This document shows, piece by piece, positions 10,893-22,715 of a DNA stretch of 64,000 nt. Position numbers and translations under genes: made by a program. This stretch comes from Candidatus Cloacimonadota bacterium (lineage in GTDB: Bacteria; Cloacimonadota; Cloacimonadia; Cloacimonadales; PWNZ01), in contig PWOA01000092.1 of the NCBI GenBank assembly GCA_003564155.1, positions 4,375 through 68,374 of the forward strand, read 5' to 3'. Each line of letters starts with the position of its first letter. Within the stretch, counting starts at the first letter, position 1. The notes beneath the pieces are model-generated. The model was not told the origin of the DNA. It was given only the letters and a program-made list of their open reading frames with translations, and did not search any database.

Positions 10893-11454
10893 CTCCTCTT
10901 ATTATATTAATGTTTGATTCTTTATTTATTATTTATTGAGTGTCATGAAAAAAAAACATGTACTAACGTCAACCGCTTTGTTTCTTCTCTTTGGGTGGTA
11001 AAAGTAAGTTCATTAATCAACATGATCGTATAATTTCAAATGCTCAAATAAAATCCTGTCAGTCTGAGATACCATAATGCTAATTATTACGATTTGTTTT
11101 GAACTGATATCGGACAGTAAAAACTTCTATTCATATATCTCTAAACAAGTGATGAGACTCGCTTCTTCCTAATTGGAAGCCAAACTCTTTGGGGTGGTGT
11201 AAGAATGCCCCAAGTAATCGATAAAGTAATTTTCATATCATTTTTAATTATTTTGACCAAATATTTAATATCTCTTTAATCTTAGAGTATAGTTCTATAA
11301 GTGGTTGCATCCTCCGTTTATTTCTCATTTACTGCAAAGAATTAAAGGTAAACGGTTCATATGATGACAATCAAATATCTGAAAAGTAATAATTATCTTG
11401 ACTAATTCTATACTATATTTAATTATTGATACAGAAATGGTTAAGGAGTTGGTT

Positions 11455-11928
11455 ATGTCTATTTTTTCTTTATTGTCCCGGATTAGTGTAAAAATTATGT
11501 TTCTACTAATTCTAGCTTCATCTTGTGTTGTGCTATCTGGTACTCAATTAGAAGCCATGGAAACATCAGGTATAAGAAACGCCGGAATCTACGACTATCG
11601 TGATTCCGGTAATAATTTTATCTATAATGATAATACCACTTACTACAAACAATTGAGTGTCATGGGTATATCTACTCAAAACAACAATAGGGTTGGTAGA
11701 CTCGATATAATTATCGTTTCTGCACTTTCGTTTATTATATTTTACATTCTTTTTAAGTTTTTATTTAAGATTGGGGTAACAATACTTGTTTTAACAGTTG
11801 GATATTTATTGTATGACATCATTCGTTATGACACTGACTATTCGAATATGCACTTAAAAATAATTCCAATAATTGCGGGTGTGTTTGTATTTTGGTTTAA
11901 TTATCGTGGGGTAAATTGGCAAGGGTAG
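11455..11928 (+). CDS. Hypothetical membrane protein
   Basis: AGGAG RBS before ATG 11455; signal-like N-terminus and three C-terminal hydrophobic helices. Confidence 0.5.
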   Translation: MSIFSLLSRISVKIMFLLILASSCVVLSGTQLEAMETSGIRNAGIYDYRDSGNNFIYNDNTTYYKQLSVMGISTQNNNRVGRLDIIIVSALSFIIFYILFKFLFKIGVTILVLTVGYLLYDIIRYDTDYSNMHLKIIPIIAGVFVFWFNYRGVNWQG

Positions 11929-12007
11929 TACAAAGATACTAAAAGAATAACATTATTTAAGACCTTTACATAATTTTATGTAAAGGTCTTTATATTAAAA
12001 TGCTATG

Positions 12008-12547
12008 CTAAAAAGGATAACCAATGTATACACCTACAGACATTTGAAGTTGTTCAATCCCTGAAACAAAGTAACGCGGCTCGACATATATCCTGAGACG
12101 TTCCATTTGATAACGATCTACTTGAGGTAATCCAAACTCTACACCCCCACCAATACCAAAAGCTACTTCGCTATTATTACGATTAAACCGTCCTTCGTGA
12201 GTTCTCCATTCTTCATAATGGAAATGATATCCTACGGATATCAACGGATAACACTTTAACCATCCCTCATCAATTAGAATATAATGATAATTAAAGTTAA
12301 TCTCCGCTTTTGTTCTTCTTTCGAAACTTTTATCGTCCACAAACCACCAAACTAACTCTCCTCCTAAACGGTGATTTGTATCAGTAAAGTGAGACATTGT
12401 GCCAAATTGGAAACCATACTCTTCAATTTCTGATCCGAAACAAAGACCTGCTTTAGTATCCGTATTTTCAAACCATAAGTCTTCGGAAGCAACTAGTTTA
12501 ACTAAAAGTAACGTAATCATAAGGATAACAATACTTAATATTTTCAT
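12008..12547 (-). CDS. Small outer-membrane beta-barrel protein
   Basis: Signal peptide MKILSIVILMITLLLVKLVAS, alternating beta-strand pattern, C-terminal aromatic beta-signal (VGVYIGYPF). Confidence 0.65.
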   Translation of the reverse strand: MKILSIVILMITLLLVKLVASEDLWFENTDTKAGLCFGSEIEEYGFQFGTMSHFTDTNHRLGGELVWWFVDDKSFERRTKAEINFNYHYILIDEGWLKCYPLISVGYHFHYEEWRTHEGRFNRNNSEVAFGIGGGVEFGLPQVDRYQMERLRIYVEPRYFVSGIEQLQMSVGVYIGYPF

Positions 12548-12957
12548 GCTCTCTCTCCTAAATATGATATATTGTTTTGTGTTTTTTAAACCACATATTG
12601 TCAATTACTTTCTTTGTTAGTGAAAAGTCCTCTTTATCTATCACAAAAAGTATACTAAGTCGACCTGTGGTTATCTGCTCTCTCTAGTTATGATTGACTG
12701 GCAATAAATCACCCGGAAATCAAATCTAAGACAAATAATATGCTTTTTTTGACTGGATTTCGGTTAATAACTTGCACAAATAATTCCGTTAAAAGGAAGA
12801 ATAATTAAAAAACTTGTCAAAAAGACGAAAGCCTTTTCTTTGTTTGTATAGTGATAATAAATCGTTAAACGTGTAATTAGATTTACGATATCAAGTTTTA
12901 ACCTAAAAGAATCGAAAAACTGATGAGAATATTTAATACTAATGGATGGAGGTTTAC

Positions 12958-13440
12958 ATGGAAATTTTAGTTGAAAAAATTTGTGTGCCGGAGGATTGTA
13001 ATATAATCTTAGGTCAATCCCATTTTATAAAAACAGTCGAAGATTTATATGAAGCAATGATTAACTGTATCCCTGATGTTAAATTTGGTCTAGCTTTCAG
13101 TGAAGCATCGGGTCCTAGATTAATCAGAAAAGATGGAACAAGTAACGAAATGATTGCATTAGCTGTTAAGAATCTTCAAAGATTAAAAGCAGGTCATGTA
13201 TTTCTTATAGTTATGGAAAACTACTTCCCCATAAATTTTTTGCCAGCTATAAAAGATTGTCGAGAAGTCACCTGCATCTTTTGTGCAACAGCAAATCCGG
13301 TAGAAGTGATATTAGCTCAAACAGAACAAGGAAGAGGTGTTTTAGGCGTGATAGACGGTTATTCTCCAAAGGGTATTGAAATTGATTCTGATATAACAAA
13401 CCGGAAAAAACTATTATTGAACTTAGGGTATAAACGTTGA
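12958..13440 (+). CDS. DUF355 adenosine-specific kinase family protein
   Basis: NIILGQSHFIKTVEDLYE, FGLAFSEASG, AGH, CATANP, GRGVLGVIDG; GGAGG RBS before ATG 12958. Confidence 0.85.
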   Translation: MEILVEKICVPEDCNIILGQSHFIKTVEDLYEAMINCIPDVKFGLAFSEASGPRLIRKDGTSNEMIALAVKNLQRLKAGHVFLIVMENYFPINFLPAIKDCREVTCIFCATANPVEVILAQTEQGRGVLGVIDGYSPKGIEIDSDITNRKKLLLNLGYKR

Positions 13441-14084
13441 CTAAAAATAATTCATTAAGATCATTTGTAGCTCTTGACATACCACGAGCTTTTAGAGCAG
13501 AATTATCAAACATCTTGACAGATTGCCGAAAAATTTGTCCTTATGGAATTCGTTGGATTGAACCTGAAAATCTACATTTTACCTTACATTTTTTAGGAAG
13601 TATTGAGCTGAATAAGTTGAATCAGATAAAAGTCCGGCTTAATAAGATTTTTGAAGAACAACCTATTTTCAGTGTATTCAACCCTCAAATAGAAATATTC
13701 CCTTATTTACATTACACTTCACCTGATTTAAATGATGTTTCCAGAAGGAGCCGAGTGATATCTAATGAAAATGTTCATAAAGCGCGTCTGGTTTGGGTAA
13801 AATGCGATTATCAAGATAACTGTATTGAGCATTCGGTCCATAATTTACGACAACTCATAGATGATCTTTCCCTCACTACAGATAAAAAACCATTTAAGAT
13901 GCACCTTACGCTTGGTAGAATTAAAAAAAAAGTTAAGGGTAGCACATTAGAACAGATACTAAGCTTAAATCTCCAGGATAAGAAGTGGAAAATTAAAGAT
14001 GTAACCCTTTACGAAAGTCGTCTCCACTCATATGGAGCAGAATATATTAAACTTGAAACATACCGATTAAAAGATAATATATAG
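13437..14084 (+). CDS. thpR: RNA 2',3'-cyclic phosphodiesterase (2H phosphoesterase)
   Basis: RSFVAL, two HxT motifs (NLHFTLHFLG, MHLTLGR), LYESRL...GAEY; TTGA overlap with the upstream gene. Confidence 0.85.
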   Translation: MTKNNSLRSFVALDIPRAFRAELSNILTDCRKICPYGIRWIEPENLHFTLHFLGSIELNKLNQIKVRLNKIFEEQPIFSVFNPQIEIFPYLHYTSPDLNDVSRRSRVISNENVHKARLVWVKCDYQDNCIEHSVHNLRQLIDDLSLTTDKKPFKMHLTLGRIKKKVKGSTLEQILSLNLQDKKWKIKDVTLYESRLHSYGAEYIKLETYRLKDNI

Positions 14085-14116
14085 CATCAGTTATTTCCAA
14101 GTTTAGGGAGGTATTA

Positions 14117-15214
14117 ATGAATACTACGTTCACAGTCAAAGATTTATGCCTTTATTTAGACAAAATTGCACCTGTAAAGCTATCTGCTTCCTGGGATAAT
14201 TCCGGTCTTTTAGCAGGTCTAATGGATGATAAAATCGAGAATATTCTTCTTGCCTTAGATGTTACATCAAAGGTAGTTGATTATGCAATCGAAACTGGTG
14301 TCGACTTAATTATTAGCCATCATCCCTTGTTTCTTAATCCTTTAAAGAAAATTAATGACCCACTACTGGTAAACCTTATTCGCCATAAAATCGGACTTTA
14401 TTGTATGCATACTAATTTAGACTTCGTAAATAATGGTGTAAATACAGAATTAGCTGAGCTTTTAAACTTGGAAAAGACAGTTTTCTTATCACAACTACCG
14501 GATATCATTAACTATCATGTCGCTATATACACTCCCCCCCACGCTGAAGATGCTGTCAAAGAAGCAGTTTTTTCTGCCGGAGGTGGAATTATAGGCAATT
14601 ACAGTCATTGTCTTAACAAATATCACGTCGACGGACAATTTAAACCTAATACAGGCAGCCATCCAACTGTCGGGAAAAGAGGATTAATCGAAGAAGTTCA
14701 AGAACTAAAAATTGAGTTTTTTACGGACTCTGTTCATCTGGACAGAGTTTTAGCAGCCATGATTGAATCACATCCCTATGAAACTCCAGCATATACTGTT
14801 TGCGAACTAAACCAACCTTGCCTTCACTATGGATTAGGTTTAGTCGGTGAATTACCTCAACCATTAACCCTAAAGGAGTTAGCGTTATTTGTAAAAAAAA
14901 CATTGGGAACTCCCTTTGTTAAATTATGGTTGGCTGGAAAACCTCAAGATGAGTTAGTTAAAAAAGTAGCAGTATGTGGTGGTAATGGCAGTGATCTTAT
15001 CAATTATGCACAAGAAAAGGCTGATGTTTATATTACAGGTGATTTAAAATACCATACCTTACTAAATAGTTCTATTCCACTAATAGATTCCGGACATTTT
15101 TACACAGAATTTCCTGTTCTATCAAGATTAAAAAAACAATTAGATCCCTTACAAGTTAACGTTGAGCTATTTCCTAAAGATTCAGCTGATATCAGAAATT
15201 TATTATTATTGTAA
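14117..15214 (+). CDS. Nif3-like dinuclear metal protein with PII-like insert
   Basis: WDNSGL, IISHHP, MHTNLD, HPYETPAY, YITGDLKYH, DSGHFYTE. Confidence 0.9.
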   Translation: MNTTFTVKDLCLYLDKIAPVKLSASWDNSGLLAGLMDDKIENILLALDVTSKVVDYAIETGVDLIISHHPLFLNPLKKINDPLLVNLIRHKIGLYCMHTNLDFVNNGVNTELAELLNLEKTVFLSQLPDIINYHVAIYTPPHAEDAVKEAVFSAGGGIIGNYSHCLNKYHVDGQFKPNTGSHPTVGKRGLIEEVQELKIEFFTDSVHLDRVLAAMIESHPYETPAYTVCELNQPCLHYGLGLVGELPQPLTLKELALFVKKTLGTPFVKLWLAGKPQDELVKKVAVCGGNGSDLINYAQEKADVYITGDLKYHTLLNSSIPLIDSGHFYTEFPVLSRLKKQLDPLQVNVELFPKDSADIRNLLLL

Positions 15215-15222
15215 AACAAGTA

Positions 15223-15258
15223 TTTGTTTGAACCGATTTATATCAAACTCCAAACAAA
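15223..15258. terminator. Hairpin between convergent nif3 and FGE-domain genes
   Basis: TTTGTTTG / CAAACAAA stem with a short inner GAT/ATC pairing. Confidence 0.4.
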
Positions 15259-15262
15259 ATAA

Positions 15263-16249
15263 CTATCGTCTTGAGGGTTCAACGGATCTGACACAACGTA
15301 TTCCGCTTCCCGTCCAGGAAAAACTAGGCGCCCAAGCTTGGAGAGTACTAAAATAGGGAGGGTATGATCCCGTGGGATAATTATTCTCCCACGTACCTCC
15401 TCTTACAACGCGAGACATCCTAACGTGGGCATCATACCACCAATCATGAATCCAATTACTGGCATTACCTGACATATCGTATAATCCATAAGGAGATACA
15501 CTATTAATTGTGTTTACTGTCTCTGCATTAATATCAACTGTGTTAATTCCATTGTAATACCCTACTGGAGTTGTTCCGTTGTCAAACGGATCACCACTAT
15601 CTTTATAGTTAGCCATCCTACCATCTATTTTATTGCCCCATGGATATGTATAACCAGTCATACCTCTGGCTGCTTTTTCCCATTCTCTACTATTAGGTAA
15701 CCTCCAGCCATAAAAATCAGCAAAATGCCATGCTCCGAACCATGTCATATCGGTAATCGGATGATTCAAATACTCTCCTTCACTAAAGCCTGAAGGTACA
15801 TCTAGAAAAAAATCACCATCGATGTACCATATTCTGGAAATGTTGTTTTCCCCTATTTCTCGATTCAAACTATAGAGCACATAATTACCTTCATCGTTAT
15901 ATTCATCACCTATATAATAACCCTCAACGACAATCTGATTACTAAATATCCCATATTCAGAATCTACATTTATATCACCGGAATCATAAGCTTGTCTCAA
16001 ATAAGTTAAATATTGTTTATTTGTGACTTCATATTTCATTATTTCATAATCATAATCAATAGTTCTTAAGCCTTTATAGTTTTTATCATTTTCAGGGAAT
16101 CCATAAGTATAAGGTCCGGCAGGTACAAAACACCACTCAAAAGCCGTTGTTGAACCGTTTACATCTTTAGGACCGGTACCATCGCTACAAGACACTATTA
16201 TTAATATTAGATTGGTAGCTATGGTGATAACAGACATGATCTTTTTCAT
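15263..16249 (-). CDS. Lipoprotein with FGE-sulfatase (C-type-lectin-fold) domain
   Basis: Lipobox IIVSC; KYEVTN, HPIT.MTW..A..FA, RLPNSREWEKAARG, YPWG, YGLYDMSGN, RVVRGG.W, GIRCVR; no catalytic FGE Cys pair. Confidence 0.85.
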   Translation of the reverse strand: MKKIMSVITIATNLILIIVSCSDGTGPKDVNGSTTAFEWCFVPAGPYTYGFPENDKNYKGLRTIDYDYEIMKYEVTNKQYLTYLRQAYDSGDINVDSEYGIFSNQIVVEGYYIGDEYNDEGNYVLYSLNREIGENNISRIWYIDGDFFLDVPSGFSEGEYLNHPITDMTWFGAWHFADFYGWRLPNSREWEKAARGMTGYTYPWGNKIDGRMANYKDSGDPFDNGTTPVGYYNGINTVDINAETVNTINSVSPYGLYDMSGNASNWIHDWWYDAHVRMSRVVRGGTWENNYPTGSYPPYFSTLQAWAPSFSWTGSGIRCVRSVEPSRR

Positions 16250-16808
16250 CTATCCTCCCAATAGTTTTGTCTTACCGTTTATGATATGGATAAAATTGTC
16301 AAGTCGTTAAATAGTGCTCCTTTTAGTCCACTTATTTCAGGACACCTCAAATACTGCTGTATATAATTAATTATCCACTTTCCCCCGATAAATATGAGTA
16401 AGTTATGTGTCAAAATAAAGATGGACTAGCAGTTTATTATTTTTTCTGCTAAGATTTACGGATAATACGAAGTTGTATATAATAAAGACTAGTAGTGTAA
16501 AAAAAACAAGTATAATCACCAAACTTACCTAAGTAAAAAACAATCGTTAATAAGATACTGTAACATAGAAGGTAAGCATTAGATAAAAAATTAATTAGCT
16601 CTTCTCAAAAAGTAAATAACACATCCTAAAACATAAAAAGTACGCTATAATTATTTATCAGTCACGATATATGCTAGTTAATGCAACTGGCTTCTGAGCA
16701 TTAGTATCATCCGCAAAGTTTCATTACTTAATTCACTTATATTATCACTTACTTAGTAACAAAACTATGACCAGCAAAGATTTTGAGGTTAATCAGTATT
16801 AAATATTT

Positions 16809-17237
16809 CTAATGTCCGGTAATACTATTTATACGCGCGAGGGATCGCGATAGTGCGGCTTCAGCTCTTCTATAATCAATATCTTCACTTTGTGTAGCCA
16901 GTCTTTCTTTAGCTCTCTTTTTTGCTCTTTCAGCGCGACCTTTATCGACTTCATGGGTGGTTTCTATTACCTCACAAACAATGCGAATGACATCTTTCTC
17001 GACGGTGACAAAACCATCATGAATTGCAAATACAATGTTTTCACCAAGTTTAAACACAGTAAGTACACCTGGCCTTATAGCAGTGATCAAGGGAGTGTGA
17101 TCCGGATAAACACCAAAATCGCCAGCAAATCCGGGAACTATTACATGTTCACATTCTTCGTTGATAACTATTCTTGTGGGTTGTATAATCTTTATCCTTA
17201 ATTTAGACTTTTTCGCATTATTATTATTCTCTGGCAA
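16809..17237 (-). CDS. atpC: ATP synthase epsilon subunit
   Basis: PG..GDFGVYPDHTPLITAIRPG, IHDGF, C-terminal helical hairpin; last gene of the operon. Confidence 0.92.
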   Translation of the reverse strand: MPENNNNAKKSKLRIKIIQPTRIVINEECEHVIVPGFAGDFGVYPDHTPLITAIRPGVLTVFKLGENIVFAIHDGFVTVEKDVIRIVCEVIETTHEVDKGRAERAKKRAKERLATQSEDIDYRRAEAALSRSLARINSITGH

Positions 17238-17255
17238 AATATTCTCCCCAGCAAC

Positions 17256-18683
<1,428 letters not shown>

Positions 18684-18721
18684 TTACTACAATAGCTAGC
18701 TTGAAAATTGTTAGTTTAATT

Positions 18722-19606
18722 TTAATCACTTATTGCTTCCGCACCGGAAGCAATCTCGATTATTTCAGTAGTTATAGCTGATTGTCTAGCTCTATTATGC
18801 ATTAATGTTAATTCATCAATCATTTCAATAGCATTTTCCGTGGCATTATCCATAGCTGTCATTCTAGCTCCTTGTTCTGCAGCACTGGATTCTAACAACA
18901 TTCTCCAAATCTCTACATCTACATATTTTTCACCTAATTCATTAATTATTGTATCTTCATCAGGTTCATATATATAATCTGTCTCTGAAACTACATCGGA
19001 TTCGATCGGTATTATTGGTAGTAGCTGACGTTCAATTATATTTTGCTGAATAGCCGACTTGAACTCGTTATAAATTACATCAATTCTTTGGTAACCTTTG
19101 TTAATAAAAAGATCGATCATTTTATTGCTAATCGACCGTGAAAATTTAAAATCCATTTCGTTGAAAAAATCAAGATATTTGTCAATTATATTATCAGTAT
19201 GCTTTTTTAATTGATCAAATCCTTTCTTACCAATACATACTACATCTACATGTTTATGGTTTTTTAAATAGGTATTAGCTGATCTTATGATATTAGAGTT
19301 AAAAGAACCACATAGACCTCTATCTGCAGTGATAACAATTAACACTCTTCTGGTTTGTTGAACGTCCGAAACAGCATCGTTTTCCTCTGATACATCACAA
19401 CAAAGAAAGGGGTTATCTGTAGCAGGATTTTTATATTTTACTGTTCTAATCATCATGTCTAAATAATCGGCATAAGGACGAGCATTAATAATTTTTTCTT
19501 GAGCTTTTCTAAGTTTAGAGGCAGCTACCATCTTCATAGCATTAGTTATCTGTTTAGTATTTTTGACCGACACTATGCGGTTTTTTATGTCTCTAATATT
19601 AGCCAT
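18722..19606 (-). CDS. atpG: ATP synthase gamma subunit
   Basis: QITNAMKMVAASK, DRGLCGSFN, EQGARMTAMDNATENA, RQSAITTEI. Confidence 0.97.
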   Translation of the reverse strand: MANIRDIKNRIVSVKNTKQITNAMKMVAASKLRKAQEKIINARPYADYLDMMIRTVKYKNPATDNPFLCCDVSEENDAVSDVQQTRRVLIVITADRGLCGSFNSNIIRSANTYLKNHKHVDVVCIGKKGFDQLKKHTDNIIDKYLDFFNEMDFKFSRSISNKMIDLFINKGYQRIDVIYNEFKSAIQQNIIERQLLPIIPIESDVVSETDYIYEPDEDTIINELGEKYVDVEIWRMLLESSAAEQGARMTAMDNATENAIEMIDELTLMHNRARQSAITTEIIEIASGAEAISD

Positions 19607-19644
19607 AATTGTCCTTGTTATTTATCGTGTTTCAATTATTGTTA

Positions 19645-21144
19645 TTATAATTTGCTTTTGACTTTTTTACAAACTTCATGCATCTGTTCCTTAATATCCT
19701 CAGTCAAACCTTCTTGAAGCATTTTTTCTATCAGTTGAGTATATTCGGAATCAATAGTTTGAAATAGTTCAATCTCAGCATCCTTAACTTTCTTTATATC
19801 TAAGTCATCCAGATAACCGTTGTTTGCCATAAATATTATAAAAATCTGCTTAGGGACGGTTAAAGGTTGGTACTGATTCTGTTTTAAAATCTCTATTAAC
19901 CTCTGCCCTCTTTGTAACTGAGCTTGTGTAGCCTTATCAAGATCGGAACCAAACTTAGCAAAGGCTTCTAATTCATTATATTGAGCCAGATCAAGACGAA
20001 GCTGCCCAACAACATTTTTCATAGCTTTAATTTGAGCGCTACCCCCAACACGGGAAACAGATAGTCCCGGATTAATTGCTGGCCTTATTCCTGAATAGAA
20101 TAATCTGCTGCTTAAATAAATCTGTCCATCAGTAATTGATATCACATTGGTTGGTATATATGCAGAAATATCTTCAGCTTTTGTTTCAATAATAGGTAAA
20201 GCAGTGAGAGAACCTCCACCTAATTCATCACTTAATTTAGAGGCTCTTTCAAGTAATCTCGAATGTAAATAAAATACATCACCCGGATATGCTTCCCTGC
20301 CCGGAGGCCTTCTTAATAGCAATGATAGTTCCCTATAAGAGACTGCATGTTTTGATAGATCATCATAAATAACAAGAGCATGTTTACCCTTATCGCGAAA
20401 ATATTCACCTGCTGCACATCCTGCATAGGGTGCTAAATATTGAAGAGCTGGTGTTTCAGAAGCTGTTGCTGAGACAACTATTGTATATTCCATTGCTCCA
20501 TTATCTTGCAATACTTTAACTAAACTGGCTACTGATGACTTCTTCTGACCGATTGCAACATAAACACAAATAACATCAGTATCCTTTTGATTGAGTATCG
20601 TGTCTATGGCTATAGCGGTCTTTCCTGTTTGACGATCACCAATGATTAGCTCCCTTTGTCCTCTGCCGATTGGTATCATGGAATCAATAGCTTTTAAACC
20701 TGTTTGTAACGGCTCTTTAACCGGTTGCCGGGCTACAACACCTAAAGCTTTTCTTTCAATATCACTACGATCTTCTGTATCCATTTCTCCTTTGCCATCC
20801 AGAGGTTGGCCTAAGGGATTAATAACTCTTCCTAATAAGGCCTCTCCAACAGGAATGCTAAGGATAGTATTTGTACGTTTAACTATATCACCTTCTTTTA
20901 TCATTCTCGATTTTTCGAAGAGGATGCATCCGACATATTCTTCTGCTAAGTTGAGAGCCATACCGTAAACATTATTGGGAAATAAGAGCATTTCTCCAGC
21001 CATGACTTTATCCAAGCCATAAATTAAGGCTATACTGTCTCCCACTTCTATTACTTTTCCGGTTTCATCAATATCGATGTCAAACTTAAAGTTATCAATC
21101 TTTTGTTTTAGGATCGAACTAATCTCATCCGGGTGTATCTTCAT
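19645..21144 (-). CDS. atpA: ATP synthase alpha subunit
   Basis: [39 protein letters not shown]. Confidence 0.98.
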   Translation of the reverse strand: MKIHPDEISSILKQKIDNFKFDIDIDETGKVIEVGDSIALIYGLDKVMAGEMLLFPNNVYGMALNLAEEYVGCILFEKSRMIKEGDIVKRTNTILSIPVGEALLGRVINPLGQPLDGKGEMDTEDRSDIERKALGVVARQPVKEPLQTGLKAIDSMIPIGRGQRELIIGDRQTGKTAIAIDTILNQKDTDVICVYVAIGQKKSSVASLVKVLQDNGAMEYTIVVSATASETPALQYLAPYAGCAAGEYFRDKGKHALVIYDDLSKHAVSYRELSLLLRRPPGREAYPGDVFYLHSRLLERASKLSDELGGGSLTALPIIETKAEDISAYIPTNVISITDGQIYLSSRLFYSGIRPAINPGLSVSRVGGSAQIKAMKNVVGQLRLDLAQYNELEAFAKFGSDLDKATQAQLQRGQRLIEILKQNQYQPLTVPKQIFIIFMANNGYLDDLDIKKVKDAEIELFQTIDSEYTQLIEKMLQEGLTEDIKEQMHEVCKKVKSKL

Positions 21145-21188
21145 AAAGACCTCATTTATTTTTTATATTTTCTAAAAATTGGTGTATG

Positions 21189-21716
21189 TTACGAAATTTT
21201 AAAATTTTCCAGCTTATTTTTTATCGAACCGTCAATTAGAGTCCCTCCTACAACAGCTATGAAACCTCCAATTAGTTCCGGCTGAATCACTATATCGACA
21301 ATAATTTTTTTTGACAATTCTTTTTCAAAATGTTTGGTAATTATATCAATAGTTTTTTGTTTATGGTCTCGGGCTAAGTATAAAGTCATATTGAGCTTAT
21401 CCAGTTTAATGAATAATATCTTTTCTATTTCAAAAAGTATGTACAAAATATATCTTTCTCGTTTCTTTTGTGTGATAATAGTAAACAGACCATTCCATAA
21501 ATTAGGGTTATCTGTGTTTTTAGCTATTTGATTAAATACCTCTTCTTTGGCCTCATTTTTGGTAATATCGGAACTTAAGTACTTTAACAATTCGGAGTTC
21601 TCAGCAAAAAGTTTCTTAATCTTCTTTTGCTCTTCCAGCAATTTACTATAATGCTTACTATCAGCATTTTCCATGAATGCTTTAGCATATCTCCCGGCTA
21701 ATATTCGCAAATTCAT
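21189..21716 (-). CDS. atpH: ATP synthase delta subunit
   Basis: AGRYAKA N-terminus, ELIGG...IDGSI C-terminus; lies between atpF and atpA. Confidence 0.88.
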   Translation of the reverse strand: MNLRILAGRYAKAFMENADSKHYSKLLEEQKKIKKLFAENSELLKYLSSDITKNEAKEEVFNQIAKNTDNPNLWNGLFTIITQKKRERYILYILFEIEKILFIKLDKLNMTLYLARDHKQKTIDIITKHFEKELSKKIIVDIVIQPELIGGFIAVVGGTLIDGSIKNKLENFKIS

Positions 21717-21827
21717 AATATAATAGTCCTCAAAACATGGTAGCTAACTCTGATAAACTTCTCACTTAATATATGATCAATTGTAAGGCTACTTTTCATT
21801 TGTCTTTCAAAAGAAAGAGATTTTCAA

Positions 21828-22298
21828 TTATTCTTGCAATAATTTTTCGATTAGTTCGGCATCAATTTTTTGATCTAAGTTCTTACCAATAACTTTTGAC
21901 GTCAGAATTGATACAATCTCGCTCAATCTCCCTTCTACTTCCTTGATAGCTTTAGTCTTTTCTTGCACTAGTTGATTTTCAGTATCAATGAGGACAGCTT
22001 TTTCACGTTCTCTAGCTTCCTTTATTATCTTATCACTTAAAGCTTCAGATTCTTTAGTAGCTTTCTCTTTCATCTTTCTAATTTGTAAAGAAGTCTTTTT
22101 GTAATCTTCTTCTTGTTTCTTTAATAATGTATCTGCTTCTTTTTTCAGGTTATCTGCTGTACTTAAATCCGACGATATTGCTGTCTGACGTTCAGTTAGA
22201 AACTTTTTTATCGGCTTATAAAGAAGATGATTTAATATTATAAGCAGAAAAATAAAGTTCAATATTACAATGATTAAAGTATAATCTACACTAATCAT
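21828..22298 (-). CDS. atpF: ATP synthase b subunit
   Basis: N-terminal TM (ILNFIFLLIIL..LLYKPI...ERQ..I) followed by a long charged helix. Confidence 0.92.
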   Translation of the reverse strand: MISVDYTLIIVILNFIFLLIILNHLLYKPIKKFLTERQTAISSDLSTADNLKKEADTLLKKQEEDYKKTSLQIRKMKEKATKESEALSDKIIKEAREREKAVLIDTENQLVQEKTKAIKEVEGRLSEIVSILTSKVIGKNLDQKIDAELIEKLLQE

Positions 22299-22370
22299 AA
22301 CTACGCTCTCCGTTTATTTTTTTGTTATTTCTGGTTCCGGATAATCAAAAATACTATGTCGATTTATTCT

Positions 22371-22616
22371 TTATCCAGTGGTAAATATTAACAACAATGC
22401 TATAACTAAAGAATATATACCTGTTGATTCTGCTACAGCCTGTCCTAAAAGCATCGTTCTGGTTAACAAAGCTGAGTTTTCTGGAGAGCGAGCTATACCT
22501 TCACAAGCCTTACCGGCAACAAAACCTTGACCAATACCAGGACCCAAAGCCCCTATTCCCATGCATATACCGGCACCCAAAAAAGCAGCCGATCTAACAA
22601 TAAGTGAAAAATCCAT
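22371..22616 (-). CDS. atpE: ATP synthase c subunit, single hairpin, Na+-type
   Basis: GPGIGQG ... R-S-P ... QAVAESTGIY: Q30/E63/S64/T65/Y68 give the full Na+-binding motif; strong GGAGG RBS. Confidence 0.96.
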   Translation of the reverse strand: MDFSLIVRSAAFLGAGICMGIGALGPGIGQGFVAGKACEGIARSPENSALLTRTMLLGQAVAESTGIYSLVIALLLIFTTG

Positions 22617-22715
22617 TATACCTCCGATTTTTTTGTTCTTTTATTTTAATAGTTAACGACAATCTAACTTATTACCCATATATTAAATCTAAATATTTTG
22701 ATATCGTAAACTCTT

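Noticed and set aside
10893-11397. Degraded gene, or the short direct repeat CTCTTTGG(G)GTGGT at 10987 and 11185
   Set aside because: Only short stop-riddled frames with no recognisable motif; two short copies do not make an array.
16250-16808. Possible oriC: DnaA-box-like TTATCCACT (16371) and reverse TTATCCATA (about 16285) near atp/parAB
   Set aside because: No perfect boxes, only 2-3 degenerate ones in AT-rich DNA; no dnaA or mnmG nearby.
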